Source: Desulfotignum sp. (GTDB lineage Bacteria > Desulfobacterota > Desulfobacteria > Desulfobacterales > Desulfobacteraceae). Taken from it: a stretch of DNA of 64,000 nucleotides. A program made the position numbers and the translations under genes. Below the pieces are notes generated by a model that was given only the letters and a program-made list of their open reading frames with translations, was not told the origin of the DNA and did not search any database. The DNA lies in assembly GCA_011389575.1 (NCBI GenBank), contig JAABUB010000001.1, positions 36,079-100,078 of the forward strand, in the 5' to 3' direction. Shown here one piece after another: positions 38,144-47,928 of this stretch; positions within the stretch are counted from its first letter, which is position 1; each line of letters starts with the position of its first letter.

Positions 38144-40360
38144 CTAGTTGGGGGGAACCCTTTTGATCTGGTTGATCATGGAGACAAGCCGCCGGTCAGT
38201 CTGGTGGAGACGGCCTGCCAGTACTGTGAACAAATGCTTTGCCACATCCGGATATTTTTCAATGATTTCTTCGAGTTTGTCTCCGGGAAACCGCTTGATT
38301 TTGGAGCGGCCCTTGGAGATGATGGATGCGGATCGGGCATCTTTGGTAATGGCGGCCATCTCTCCGAAATATTCACCCGGCTGGGTGATCTCAGCAATTT
38401 TTTTGCCCCCTTTGACCACATACACCGCCCCTTGAACCAGTTTGAAAAAATCAATGTCTGTATTGTTTTCCCGAATAATGACATCTTTGTCTTCGTATTG
38501 TTCCACATCCGGATTCACCAGGTAGGCGGGCAAAGATTCCTTGGTGATCACTGTTTTTTTCACCACTTCTTCCAGTGATGTTTCACCTGTTCTAACCTTC
38601 TGGAGACCGGCATCCCGCAAGGTGACCATGCCTTCTTGCACCCCCACCTTTCTGAGCTGGTCCTCAGCCACTTCTGCACTTATGGCCTTGGCCACTTCAT
38701 CGGTAACCTCCATGAGTTCATAGAGCCCGACCCTGCCCTTGTAGCCGGTGCCGTTGCAATGGCTGCATCCATTGGGACCCAGGATATTCAGATGCGGGAT
38801 CTCTTCTTTGGGAAATCCATGGAGTTCCAGTTCCTTGGGGTTGTGTCCGGTTACCTGTTGTTTGCATTCCGGGCACAGCCGCCTGGCCAGCCGCTGGGAC
38901 AGGACCATGGTCACTGATGCGGCCAGCATATAAGGCGGAATGCCGATATCCACCAGCCGGCCTATGGTGGAAGGACAATCGTTGGTATGCAGGGTGGCAA
39001 ATACCAGATGGCCGGTCATGGCTGCTTTTATGGCGATTTCCGCTGTATCGATGTCCCGGATTTCTCCCACCATGATAATGTCGGGATCCTGGCGCAGAAA
39101 CGCTTTCAGGGCAGCGGCAAAAGTCATGCCGATCTCTTCTCTCACCGGCACCTGGTTGATTCCCTTGAAGTTGAACTCCACCGGATCTTCCGCAGTCAGA
39201 ATTTTGATGTCATCCTTGTTAAGCCGGTTGAGGATGGAATACAGGGTAGTGGTTTTTCCGGAGCCTGTCGGCCCTGTCACCAGCAGCAGGCCATAGGGCC
39301 GGGAAATGCTGCGCTTGAGCATGTCAAAGGTGGCAGATTCAAATCCCAGCCTGGTCAGATCAATGTTCAAAGCACTCTGGTCAAGTATCCGCATGACAAT
39401 GCTTTCTCCGAACAGGGTGGGCAGGGACGATACCCGGAAATCCACGGATTTTTTTCTGCCCAGGCGCAGTTTTATCCGGCCGTCCTGGGGAATCCGTCTT
39501 TCAGCAATATCCAGGGATGCCAGAATTTTAATGCGCGAAACCACGGCATTTTTAATGGAAACCGGCAGGTTCATGGCTTTGTACATGCCGCCGTCCAGAC
39601 GGTACCGGACCTGAAAAGATTTTTCAAAAGGTTCGATGTGGATATCTGACACCCCGTCATTGATGGCTTTGGTCAAAATTCCGTTCACAAGCTTGATGAT
39701 AGGGGCATCAGAGGCCATGAATTCGTCCTGGCCGTCCTCTCTTTCAGCGGTGCCCACCTCGATTTCTTCAGCTGCCTCAGATACCAGGGAGCCAAAATCC
39801 TCCACAGAGGTAACCGGGGTCTCATCTTCCGCATCTTCCTCAAAATGGAGAAATTTTTTGTAGTCTTCATCATTGATTTTATAAAAATCCCGGTAGGCCT
39901 GGATAATATCATTTTCCGTGGTGACATATACATGGATATTTTTTGCGGTCTTGTTGTGCAGGTCTTCCACCACATGGGTATCGGTAGGTTCCACCATGGC
40001 CACGGACAGGTCGTCATTTTTCAGGGCCAGAGGAAAAACCATGCTTTCTTTGGCCAGATCAAAGGGGAGTATTTTTTGGGCCGCTGCATCAGGTTTCATT
40101 TCTGAAAACCGGATCACATTGTAATTATAGATCCTTCCCAATACATTGATGATGGTTTCCGGATCAATATACCCTTTGTTGAGGAGAATGGAGCTGAGGC
40201 GCTCCCCGGTTTTTTTGTGAACTCCCAGGGCCTCATCCAGCTGGAGACTGGTTATCTGGCCTTCCTTGGAAAGAATTTCACCTATCCGGGTTTTGCCGGC
40301 TCCGGACTGGTCCTTGATAATGGATGTGAGACTGGATTTTCCTTTTGGCGTTTTAACCAT
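38144..40360 (-). CDS. pilB: Type IV pilus assembly ATPase PilB with C-terminal cyclic-nucleotide-binding domain
   Basis: MshEN-like N-terminus, SDIHIEP, GPTGSGKTT, EDPVE, LRQDPDIIMVGEIRD, Zn-site CPEC/CSHC, then PGEYFGEMAAITKDARSA. Confidence 0.93.
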   Translation of the reverse strand: MVKTPKGKSSLTSIIKDQSGAGKTRIGEILSKEGQITSLQLDEALGVHKKTGERLSSILLNKGYIDPETIINVLGRIYNYNVIRFSEMKPDAAAQKILPFDLAKESMVFPLALKNDDLSVAMVEPTDTHVVEDLHNKTAKNIHVYVTTENDIIQAYRDFYKINDEDYKKFLHFEEDAEDETPVTSVEDFGSLVSEAAEEIEVGTAEREDGQDEFMASDAPIIKLVNGILTKAINDGVSDIHIEPFEKSFQVRYRLDGGMYKAMNLPVSIKNAVVSRIKILASLDIAERRIPQDGRIKLRLGRKKSVDFRVSSLPTLFGESIVMRILDQSALNIDLTRLGFESATFDMLKRSISRPYGLLLVTGPTGSGKTTTLYSILNRLNKDDIKILTAEDPVEFNFKGINQVPVREEIGMTFAAALKAFLRQDPDIIMVGEIRDIDTAEIAIKAAMTGHLVFATLHTNDCPSTIGRLVDIGIPPYMLAASVTMVLSQRLARRLCPECKQQVTGHNPKELELHGFPKEEIPHLNILGPNGCSHCNGTGYKGRVGLYELMEVTDEVAKAISAEVAEDQLRKVGVQEGMVTLRDAGLQKVRTGETSLEEVVKKTVITKESLPAYLVNPDVEQYEDKDVIIRENNTDIDFFKLVQGAVYVVKGGKKIAEITQPGEYFGEMAAITKDARSASIISKGRSKIKRFPGDKLEEIIEKYPDVAKHLFTVLAGRLHQTDRRLVSMINQIKRVPPN

Positions 40361-40378
40361 TTGTAATCTAAATCTAAA

Positions 40379-40588
40379 CTATTTATAATTATTATACACA
40401 CGGATGCTGCCTGCAATCACCAGAAATATTCCCAGCATGTAAAAACAGAACCTTACAATAAAAAGTTTACTGCTGAAAAATTCAATGGCTGCCACCTGGG
40501 CGGTTACTTCAGGTATCCGGTAAAAGACCCCTAATCCCACTGCGATGAGAACAATCCCATAATAGAATGCGAATTTTTTTTTGTCCAT
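40379..40588 (-). CDS. Small two-TM membrane protein
   Basis: 69 aa, two hydrophobic segments, fills the gap between ABC-F and pilB on the same strand. Confidence 0.7.
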   Translation of the reverse strand: MDKKKFAFYYGIVLIAVGLGVFYRIPEVTAQVAAIEFFSSKLFIVRFCFYMLGIFLVIAGSIRVYNNYK

Positions 40589-40594
40589 CTTAAA

Positions 40595-42436
40595 TCACAG
40601 CCTTTCCAATTCTTTGAGTTGGTTTTCAAATTGTATATTATGAGATTCCAGGTCATTCATCTTTTCTTCAAGATCGGCAAAAAGCGATTCCACTGAAGTT
40701 TCAAGGTCTGACAATTGTTTTGAAAATATCTGGATGCTTTTGCCGTTATTGTTTTCAGATGCTGTGAGAAGCTCTTCATTCACTGCCTGTATACGGTTTT
40801 CCAGAGATTCTATCTCATCTTCTATTCTGGAAATTTTTTTCTGTATAGGCCCCAGCACCCTGGATCGGCCGGCAATGATTTCCGATTTTTTCCGGCGCAT
40901 TTTTTTTTTGTTCATTCCCGGGGATTTGTTTTGTTTTCCTGTAACCGGGCCAGCCTCTTCCCACCCGTCTTTATCCAGAAATTCCCGGTAACTGCCTTCA
41001 AATACCGCGATATGGTCGTTTTTGAATACCACCAGCCGGGTGGCCAGAGAATGCAGAAACATTTCGTTATGGGTCACCAGGATCAGGGCGCCGGGAAAAT
41101 CCTGCAATGCCGCTGAAAATGCATCACAGGCCTCGATATCCAGGTGGTTGGTGGGTTCATCCAGCAGCAGCAGGTTCACAGGGGTCAAAAGAAGTTTTCC
41201 CAGCATGACCCGGGATTTTTCTCCGCCTGACAATATGCTGATCTTTTTCAAGGCATCATCTTTTTCAAACATCATGGCCCCGCATATATTTCTGGCAGCC
41301 TGGCGGTCAAAATCCGGATGGGCATCTATCAGTTCTTCTTCAATGGTATGGCCCTCATTGAGGGTGAGCACATTGGTTTGTTCAAAATATCCCGGAACAA
41401 CCCCGGGGTTGAAGGTGACACTGCCGGATGCAGGGGCAAGTCTGCCGGTGAGCAGTTTGACCAGGGTGGTTTTGCCTTTGCCGTTCTGGCCGATGACGGC
41501 AATTCTTTCTCCTGGCTGGACCGTCAAAGAAAAATTGCGGATCAACGGGTTTTGTGTTTCATAGGCAAAACAAAGCTTTTGGGCATTAAGCATCTGCTTG
41601 CCGTTGAAGGGCTGATAATTAAAAGAAAAATCCATATTTTTGAGTTTGGAAAGTTTTTCTTTTGACTGCTGTTTTTCAAGGGTTTTTATTCTGGACTGTA
41701 CCATGTTTGCCAGCCGTGCTTTGGCCCGGAACCGGGTGACAAAGGTCTCGATTTCTTTTTTTCGCTTTTCCTCATTCAGCCTGGTCTTTTCATATACTTC
41801 TTCATCCTGGGCTACCTGGTCATAATATTTGGCAGTATTCCCTGCTATTTTTCTGATTTTCTGACGGTGGATACCGGCAATATGGGTGACCACATGGTCC
41901 ATGAACCCCCGGTCATGGGTAACCAGCAGCACCTCCCTGGGCCAGGAGGTCAGAAACTGGGAGATCCATCGAATGGAGGTGATATCCAGGTAATTGGTGG
42001 GCTCATCCAGAATGAGCAGATCAGGTTCTGACACCAGCACTTTGGCCAGGTTCAGCCTGACCTGAAAACCGCCGGAAAAAACTTCAGGATTTCTGTCCAT
42101 ATCCAAAGGGGAAAACCCCAGACCGGCCAGCACTTTTTCCGCTTTCCAATAGTGTTCTTTTTCCTGGTCAGGCAGCCCGGTCATGGCTTCTTCGCGCACC
42201 GTGTTTTTTGTAAACACAATTTTCTGGGACAACATGCCGAGGCGGTAACCGGCAGCACAATTAATCCTGCCCTCATCCGGGTGATCATATCCTGCAATTA
42301 TATTCAGCAGGGTGGTTTTTCCATGACCGTTTCTGCCCACCAGGCCCACTCGTTCTCCTGAATTTATCTGCAGGCTGGCATCATCAAACAGGGTCTGGTC
42401 GCCAAACCCCTTACAAATGGATTCAATTGTCAACAT
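40595..42436 (-). CDS. ABC-F family ATPase (ribosome-associated)
   Basis: Two ABC cassettes (GRNGHGKT, GQNGKGKT, two DEPTN), no TM, C-terminal coiled coil. Confidence 0.93.
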   Translation of the reverse strand: MLTIESICKGFGDQTLFDDASLQINSGERVGLVGRNGHGKTTLLNIIAGYDHPDEGRINCAAGYRLGMLSQKIVFTKNTVREEAMTGLPDQEKEHYWKAEKVLAGLGFSPLDMDRNPEVFSGGFQVRLNLAKVLVSEPDLLILDEPTNYLDITSIRWISQFLTSWPREVLLVTHDRGFMDHVVTHIAGIHRQKIRKIAGNTAKYYDQVAQDEEVYEKTRLNEEKRKKEIETFVTRFRAKARLANMVQSRIKTLEKQQSKEKLSKLKNMDFSFNYQPFNGKQMLNAQKLCFAYETQNPLIRNFSLTVQPGERIAVIGQNGKGKTTLVKLLTGRLAPASGSVTFNPGVVPGYFEQTNVLTLNEGHTIEEELIDAHPDFDRQAARNICGAMMFEKDDALKKISILSGGEKSRVMLGKLLLTPVNLLLLDEPTNHLDIEACDAFSAALQDFPGALILVTHNEMFLHSLATRLVVFKNDHIAVFEGSYREFLDKDGWEEAGPVTGKQNKSPGMNKKKMRRKKSEIIAGRSRVLGPIQKKISRIEDEIESLENRIQAVNEELLTASENNNGKSIQIFSKQLSDLETSVESLFADLEEKMNDLESHNIQFENQLKELERL

Positions 42437-42607
42437 ATGGTATCTGCTTTAACATGGGTTTTTATCTTTTGTATTTTTTGGTGAACAAAATATAATCATA
42501 TCATCAGTAAAGGAATTTATAAACATCAGATTTTGCTTGACTTGGAATTTCAATCTTGCAAAATTACAAGAGAATATACTATTTTATCAATTAATATAGA
42601 GGTAAAC

Positions 42608-45319
42608 ATGACCAAATATATCTATGAATTCGGCCCCAAAAATACTGAAGGGGATGCATCCTTAAAAAACCTTCTGGGCGGCAAAGGTGCCAATCTGGCT
42701 GAAATGGCACGTATGGGTCTGCCGGTCCCTCCGGGATTTACCATTTCCACGGCATGTTGCAACCATTATTTTGAACTGGACGGTCGGTTTCCCCCTGACC
42801 TTGAGCAGCAGATCATGCCTGCCCTGGCCAATATTGAAAAACAAATGGGACTGGTATTTGGTGATCCTGAATCCCCCCTGCTGGTGTCCTGCCGTTCGGG
42901 GGCCAGAAGTTCCATGCCCGGCATGATGGAAACCATTCTCAATGTGGGATTGTGCCCGAAAACCATCCCGGGCCTGGTGGAAAAAACCGGGAATGAATGG
43001 TTTGTGTATGATGCCTACCGCCGGTTGATCATGATGTACGCAGATGTGGTCATGGAAAAAGCAGAACAGGTGGTGCCTGAAGACGGCATGGGGATACGGC
43101 TGAATCTGGAAATGATGATGAACAATCTGAAAAATGACATAGGATATGAAAACGATACCGACATTTCCACCCGGGACATGAAAACCTTATGTGAACGGTT
43201 TAAAAAAAAGATACGCCAGTATCTGAAAAAAGATTTTCCCGATGATCCCCATGCACAGCTCATGGGGGCAATAGGCGCAGTTTTCAAAAGCTGGAACGGA
43301 AAACGCGCCGTTTCTTACCGGCGTATTGAACATATTCCTGATTCCTGGGGAACAGCGGTGAATGTGCAGAGCATGGTGTTCGGCAATATGGGAAACACCT
43401 CTGCCACAGGTGTGGCTTTTACCCGTGATCCTGCCACCGGGAAAAATGTTTTTTACGGAGAATGGCTGGTGAATGCCCAGGGCGAAGATGTGGTGGCAGG
43501 CATCCGTACTCCCAACCCCCTGAACACCGACACAAAGAATATGCAGAACCAGCACCTGTCATCCCTGGAAGAGGCCATGCCGGAACTTTATGGCCAGTTG
43601 TATGATATCAGAAACAAACTGGAAGCCCATTACAAGGATATGCAGGATATTGAATTCACCATTCAGGAAGGCAGATTATACATGCTTCAGTGCCGGGTGG
43701 GCAAACGGACCGCCACTGCTGCCTTGAACATGGCAATGGACATGTATGAAGAAAAAATGATTGATGAAAAAACCATGGTGTGCCGTCTGAATCCCAAATC
43801 CCTGGATGAAATGCTTCACCCCATAGTGGATCCGGTACAGGAAAAACTTGCCGTGAAGGTGGCTGAAGGTCTGCCGGCCGGACCTGGCGGGGCCTGGGGA
43901 AAAATTGTGTTTACAGCGGAAGATGCTGTCCAGATGGCCAAAACCGGTGATAATGTGATACTTCTTAGAGAAGAAACCAATCCTGAGGATATTGAAGGAA
44001 TGCGCTCTGCTGCTGCCATACTTACGGCAAGAGGCGGCATGACCAGCCATGCCGCCCTGGTGGCAAGGGGATGGGGAAAATGCTGTATTGTGGGTGCCGG
44101 GGCCCTGAAAATCAATACAAAAACCCGGCAGGTGCAGGCAGGCACCCGGATTTTCAATGAAGGAGATATTTTTACCTTGAACGGCACCCGCGGGATCGTT
44201 TATGAGGGTAGGCTTAAAATGAAAGATGCCCTGGAAAATCCCAAATTCAAAAAATTCATGGCCATTGCAGACCGCCACCGGACCATGGGGGTGCGCACCA
44301 ATGCGGATACCCCTGAAGATGCAGCAACCGCTCTGGAATTCGGAGCACAGGGTATCGGGCTTTTCCGCACAGAGCATATGTTTTACGGGGCTGATTCAGA
44401 CCGGCCTTTGTTTCTGCTGCGGAAAATGATTTTAAGCAAAACCAGAGAAGAACGCCAGGTTGCTCTGGATGAGCTGTTTCCCTTTGTAAAAGGAGAAATT
44501 CTAAAAACCCTTGCTGTCATGGACAATCTGCCGGTCACCCTCCGGCTGCTGGACCCGCCGTTGCACGAATTTGTCCCCGGCTCAGAACAGAACCAGATGG
44601 AAATAGCCAGGGCTCTGGGCATAGATATAGAGGAAGTAATCAAGCGGAGCATGCTTCTCAAGGAATCCAATCCCATGATCGGGCACCGGGGGGTGCGCCT
44701 GGGAATAAGTTTTCCTGAAATCACAAGAATGCAGGTGGCAGCCATCTTTGCGGCATCTGCCGATCTGATTAAACAGGGCAGCCATCCTTTGCCGGAAATC
44801 ATGGTGCCGGTCACCTGTAATGAAAAAGAAGTGTCCTTTACCAAGAAAATTGTTGACGACTGCCATAAAAAAGCCCTGGAAACCAATAATCTTGCACAGA
44901 TACCTTATCTGTTCGGCACCATGATTGAAATTCCCAGGGCTGCATTGATTGCCGATAAAATGGCCAAAGATGCCCAGTTCTTTTCCTTTGGCACCAATGA
45001 TCTGACCCAGATGACCTTTGGATTTTCCAGAGATGATATCGGATCTTTTATGAATGATTATATTGACAATGCTATCCTGGACGCAGATCCTTTTGAAACC
45101 CTTGATCAGGAAGCAGTGGGCAGCCTTATTGAAATCTGTGTGGACCGGGGTAAAAAAATTCGACCGGACATCAAACTGGGCATCTGCGGTGAACACGGAG
45201 GAGATCCTGATTCAGTGGTATTCTGCCACAGGGCAGGCCTCACCTATGTTTCCTGTTCGCCTTACCGGGTGCCCATTGCACGGCTGGCAGCAGCCCAGGC
45301 CGCCATCATGAACAGCTAA
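42608..45319 (+). CDS. ppdK: Pyruvate, phosphate dikinase
   Basis: LLGGKGANL, RSGARSSMPGMM, GGMTSHAA (phospho-His), GLFRTEHM, FSFGTNDLTQ, GICGEHGG; ATG 42608 after GAGG. Confidence 0.97.
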   Translation: MTKYIYEFGPKNTEGDASLKNLLGGKGANLAEMARMGLPVPPGFTISTACCNHYFELDGRFPPDLEQQIMPALANIEKQMGLVFGDPESPLLVSCRSGARSSMPGMMETILNVGLCPKTIPGLVEKTGNEWFVYDAYRRLIMMYADVVMEKAEQVVPEDGMGIRLNLEMMMNNLKNDIGYENDTDISTRDMKTLCERFKKKIRQYLKKDFPDDPHAQLMGAIGAVFKSWNGKRAVSYRRIEHIPDSWGTAVNVQSMVFGNMGNTSATGVAFTRDPATGKNVFYGEWLVNAQGEDVVAGIRTPNPLNTDTKNMQNQHLSSLEEAMPELYGQLYDIRNKLEAHYKDMQDIEFTIQEGRLYMLQCRVGKRTATAALNMAMDMYEEKMIDEKTMVCRLNPKSLDEMLHPIVDPVQEKLAVKVAEGLPAGPGGAWGKIVFTAEDAVQMAKTGDNVILLREETNPEDIEGMRSAAAILTARGGMTSHAALVARGWGKCCIVGAGALKINTKTRQVQAGTRIFNEGDIFTLNGTRGIVYEGRLKMKDALENPKFKKFMAIADRHRTMGVRTNADTPEDAATALEFGAQGIGLFRTEHMFYGADSDRPLFLLRKMILSKTREERQVALDELFPFVKGEILKTLAVMDNLPVTLRLLDPPLHEFVPGSEQNQMEIARALGIDIEEVIKRSMLLKESNPMIGHRGVRLGISFPEITRMQVAAIFAASADLIKQGSHPLPEIMVPVTCNEKEVSFTKKIVDDCHKKALETNNLAQIPYLFGTMIEIPRAALIADKMAKDAQFFSFGTNDLTQMTFGFSRDDIGSFMNDYIDNAILDADPFETLDQEAVGSLIEICVDRGKKIRPDIKLGICGEHGGDPDSVVFCHRAGLTYVSCSPYRVPIARLAAAQAAIMNS

Positions 45320-45356
45320 ATCATGCAGGCCCTTTGCCGGTTTCACCCAGAGGGCC

Positions 45357-45797
45357 TTAATTAATATCTAACCGGTAGCGCGACCAGCCGCAGCGTTCTT
45401 TATATGGATAGCGCATCAGTTCGGTGGCAAGAATGGAAAAATCCCTGGGCCGGGTGGTAAAGTACATCACTTTTTCCCTGTCCATGACGGTTTTTACACC
45501 CAGTGCCGCATAAAGGGTTTTGGCCGTATCTTCCACAAAACACTGTACCGCACCTGTGATGATAACCAGATCTGATTCGTTCCGCACCATATACACATCA
45601 ATCATGGTAATTTCAACGGACTTTCCTTTAAAATAGGAGTCGGGTCCCATACGTGTAAGCTCACAGGTTATAAAATTTGTAAATCCCATTTCATACCCGC
45701 TGAAATCTTCAGCACCCCGGGCAAATCCCGCACCAGACACAATGAAAAACACAATTGTTAATACCAGATATCGGGGTGTGAAACCTTCTTGTGTCAT
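45357..45797 (-). CDS. Hypothetical exported protein
   Basis: Signal-like N-terminus (YLVLTIVFFIVSGAGFA); ATGA overlap with the upstream gene. Confidence 0.75.
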   Translation of the reverse strand: MTQEGFTPRYLVLTIVFFIVSGAGFARGAEDFSGYEMGFTNFITCELTRMGPDSYFKGKSVEITMIDVYMVRNESDLVIITGAVQCFVEDTAKTLYAALGVKTVMDREKVMYFTTRPRDFSILATELMRYPYKERCGWSRYRLDIN

Positions 45798-46618
45798 GAC
45801 GGCGCCTGTTCCCTGTCAATGGCAGGGGGTTGTTGTTCAGTGGGCATGTTTTTGATCAGATTTTGAATATTTTTTTGCAGATCTTTAAGGACCATGGGGG
45901 TGAGAACCACAGAACCAGCTCCTGAAAACAGGTTTTGATAGCGCTGCCGGGTTTCGGAATCACGGTACCCTGTTTCCACCAGAACAGGAATTTTGTGGTC
46001 TATTTTCAAAACCTGTCTCACAAAGGTTTCTGTCTCAACACCCGGTGCCTTGTGGTTGGCAATTACCATTTTAAACTTTCCCGGCTGGGTCATGAACATT
46101 TCCAGGGCCTGGGCACCGCTTCTGGAGACAATGGCTGTATATCCCAGTGTGTTGATGACATCGGCAATCAACTGGCTGCGTGTATCATTGGTGTCAATCA
46201 CCAGAATATGCTCGTTTCCTCCCATAATGGGTATTTTTTCACCGACATCAACTGACTTGAAAAGCGCGGACCAGTTCTCATTGGTAACAGGATGCAGCTG
46301 TGTGACTTCAATTTCATAGGCATGGGAAGCCACAAACAGATCGTTTTCATCATCTGGGACTCGGGCAATGAACTGGTTGTTTTCGGCAATATACTGGCGC
46401 AGCCATGTGCGATAGTTCAGATCATCTCCTTTGAGGATCAACAGTTTGGGTCCGGCGTGGGTGTTCACCTGGATGGAATGATAAATCCGGGGCGTTTTGG
46501 AATAGGGAACCCGGCTTTCTTTGTAGTTTTCAGCCAGAAATTCAACCATGAAATCTCTGGCAGAACAAGGTGTGACTGCCAGCACCAGTATAAGCAAAAT
46601 ACCTGTTATATGTTTCAT
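45794..46618 (-). CDS. Signal-peptide protein with C-terminal degenerate receiver (REC) domain
   Basis: MKHITGILLILVLAVTPCSA signal; C-terminal HILVID...LGY...SGAQALEMF...FKMVIAN...PG...IPVLVETGY. Confidence 0.8.
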   Translation of the reverse strand: MKHITGILLILVLAVTPCSARDFMVEFLAENYKESRVPYSKTPRIYHSIQVNTHAGPKLLILKGDDLNYRTWLRQYIAENNQFIARVPDDENDLFVASHAYEIEVTQLHPVTNENWSALFKSVDVGEKIPIMGGNEHILVIDTNDTRSQLIADVINTLGYTAIVSRSGAQALEMFMTQPGKFKMVIANHKAPGVETETFVRQVLKIDHKIPVLVETGYRDSETRQRYQNLFSGAGSVVLTPMVLKDLQKNIQNLIKNMPTEQQPPAIDREQAPS

Positions 46619-46665
46619 AATACATTCCTTTCAGATTGCAGCACAATATATGATATCGGCAAAAC

Positions 46666-47049
46666 TCACAACATTCTTGAACTCCATATCACAAGCCAGC
46701 ATATAAAAAACAACGCCAGAAAAAAGCTTCCTAAAATATACATCTGTCTTTTTAAATCATTTTTACGTCTGGCCCGGAATTGTGCCAGAATCACCCCCAA
46801 AATACTGATGGCAAGACCTGAAAAAATAAGATATAACAGGTATTGTAAAAAACGCAGATCCCAGGCGGTTCTCAAATCCAGCTGGTAAAACCGGTCAAAA
46901 AAAGTTTCAAACTCCGGTTGGGCCCGGTGAAAGACCAGCATGGATACAAAGAGAAATATCCAGGCCAGCAGATGGAGGGCAATAAATACCCTGGCCCAGA
47001 TATCTTTTGACTTGCGACGCTCAAAAGGTTTTTTGCCGGGGTTGATCAG
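46666..47049 (-). CDS. Three-TM hypothetical membrane protein, probable CTG start
   Basis: Frame is open 36 codons upstream of ATG 46941 and encodes ERRKSKD plus a first TM helix; AAGGAG lies 5 nt before CTG at 47049; in-frame TAA just upstream. Confidence 0.7.
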   Translation of the reverse strand: MINPGKKPFERRKSKDIWARVFIALHLLAWIFLFVSMLVFHRAQPEFETFFDRFYQLDLRTAWDLRFLQYLLYLIFSGLAISILGVILAQFRARRKNDLKRQMYILGSFFLALFFICWLVIWSSRML

Positions 47050-47106
47050 GTAGTCTCCTTAAAGTTTTTTTCAGGGGGCATGTTGTATTTATATTATGGT
47101 TTAGTC

Positions 47107-47904
47107 ATGAATGAAATAGTTCTTTCCAAAAACCAGTTTCTCGAGTTGAAAAATCTGGTGTATCAGACGTCAGGAATAAATCTGCATGAAGGCAAAAAAG
47201 AATTGCTCAAATCCAAACTTGCCAAACGGATGCGGCTGACCAGAAAAAATTTTGATCAATACCTTGCCTATCTGGCATCCAATGAACAGGAGGTGGTTGA
47301 ATTTATAGATACCGTTACCACCAACCATTCGTATTTTTTCCGGGAAAATAACAGCATCGCATACATGGTGCAGCATTTTCAAAATATTGCTGCAAAAAAA
47401 AACAAGGTGTTCAAAATATGGTGTGCTGCATGTTCCACTGGAGATGAACCCTACTCCATTGCTATCCAGCTTCTGGAAACCAGCCTTGATTTTTCCATAC
47501 TGGCCACAGATATTTCCCATTCGGTTCTGGCCACAGCTGTCAGAGGTATTTACCGCATTGACAAGACCAGAAATATTCCCAACACCATGCTGAGACGGTA
47601 TTTTCAACAGGGCACCGGCAAGTATCAGGGCCATGTCAAAATAAAAAAACAGGTACAGGCACATATCAGTTTCCAGCGCTTCAATCTGATTACAGACACA
47701 CCGCCCGACCATGGGTTTGATGCCGTGATCTGCAGAAATGTAATGATATACTTTGATCTTCCCACCAGCGAAACAGTGGTGAACAAGCTTTATGGGGCGG
47801 TGGCACCCAAGGGCTTTTTTGCCATTGGCAATGCGGAAAGTCTCATGAACCTGACACACAAATTTTCATCCATACCCAAGGTTCCATCATTGTATATTAA
47901 GTAA
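47107..47904 (+). CDS. cheR: Chemotaxis protein-glutamate methyltransferase (orphan)
   Basis: TTNHSYFFRE, IWCAACSTGDEPYSIA, ILATDIS, ICRNVMIYFD, IGNAES. Confidence 0.95.
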   Translation: MNEIVLSKNQFLELKNLVYQTSGINLHEGKKELLKSKLAKRMRLTRKNFDQYLAYLASNEQEVVEFIDTVTTNHSYFFRENNSIAYMVQHFQNIAAKKNKVFKIWCAACSTGDEPYSIAIQLLETSLDFSILATDISHSVLATAVRGIYRIDKTRNIPNTMLRRYFQQGTGKYQGHVKIKKQVQAHISFQRFNLITDTPPDHGFDAVICRNVMIYFDLPTSETVVNKLYGAVAPKGFFAIGNAESLMNLTHKFSSIPKVPSLYIK

Positions 47905-47928
47905 TGTTCCTTTTTGGGTGTGCCTTGA

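Noticed and set aside
42440-42600. CRP box upstream of the ABC-F/pilB operon
   Set aside because: No convincing TGTGA-N6-TCACA found by eye here or in the cya/parE spacer.
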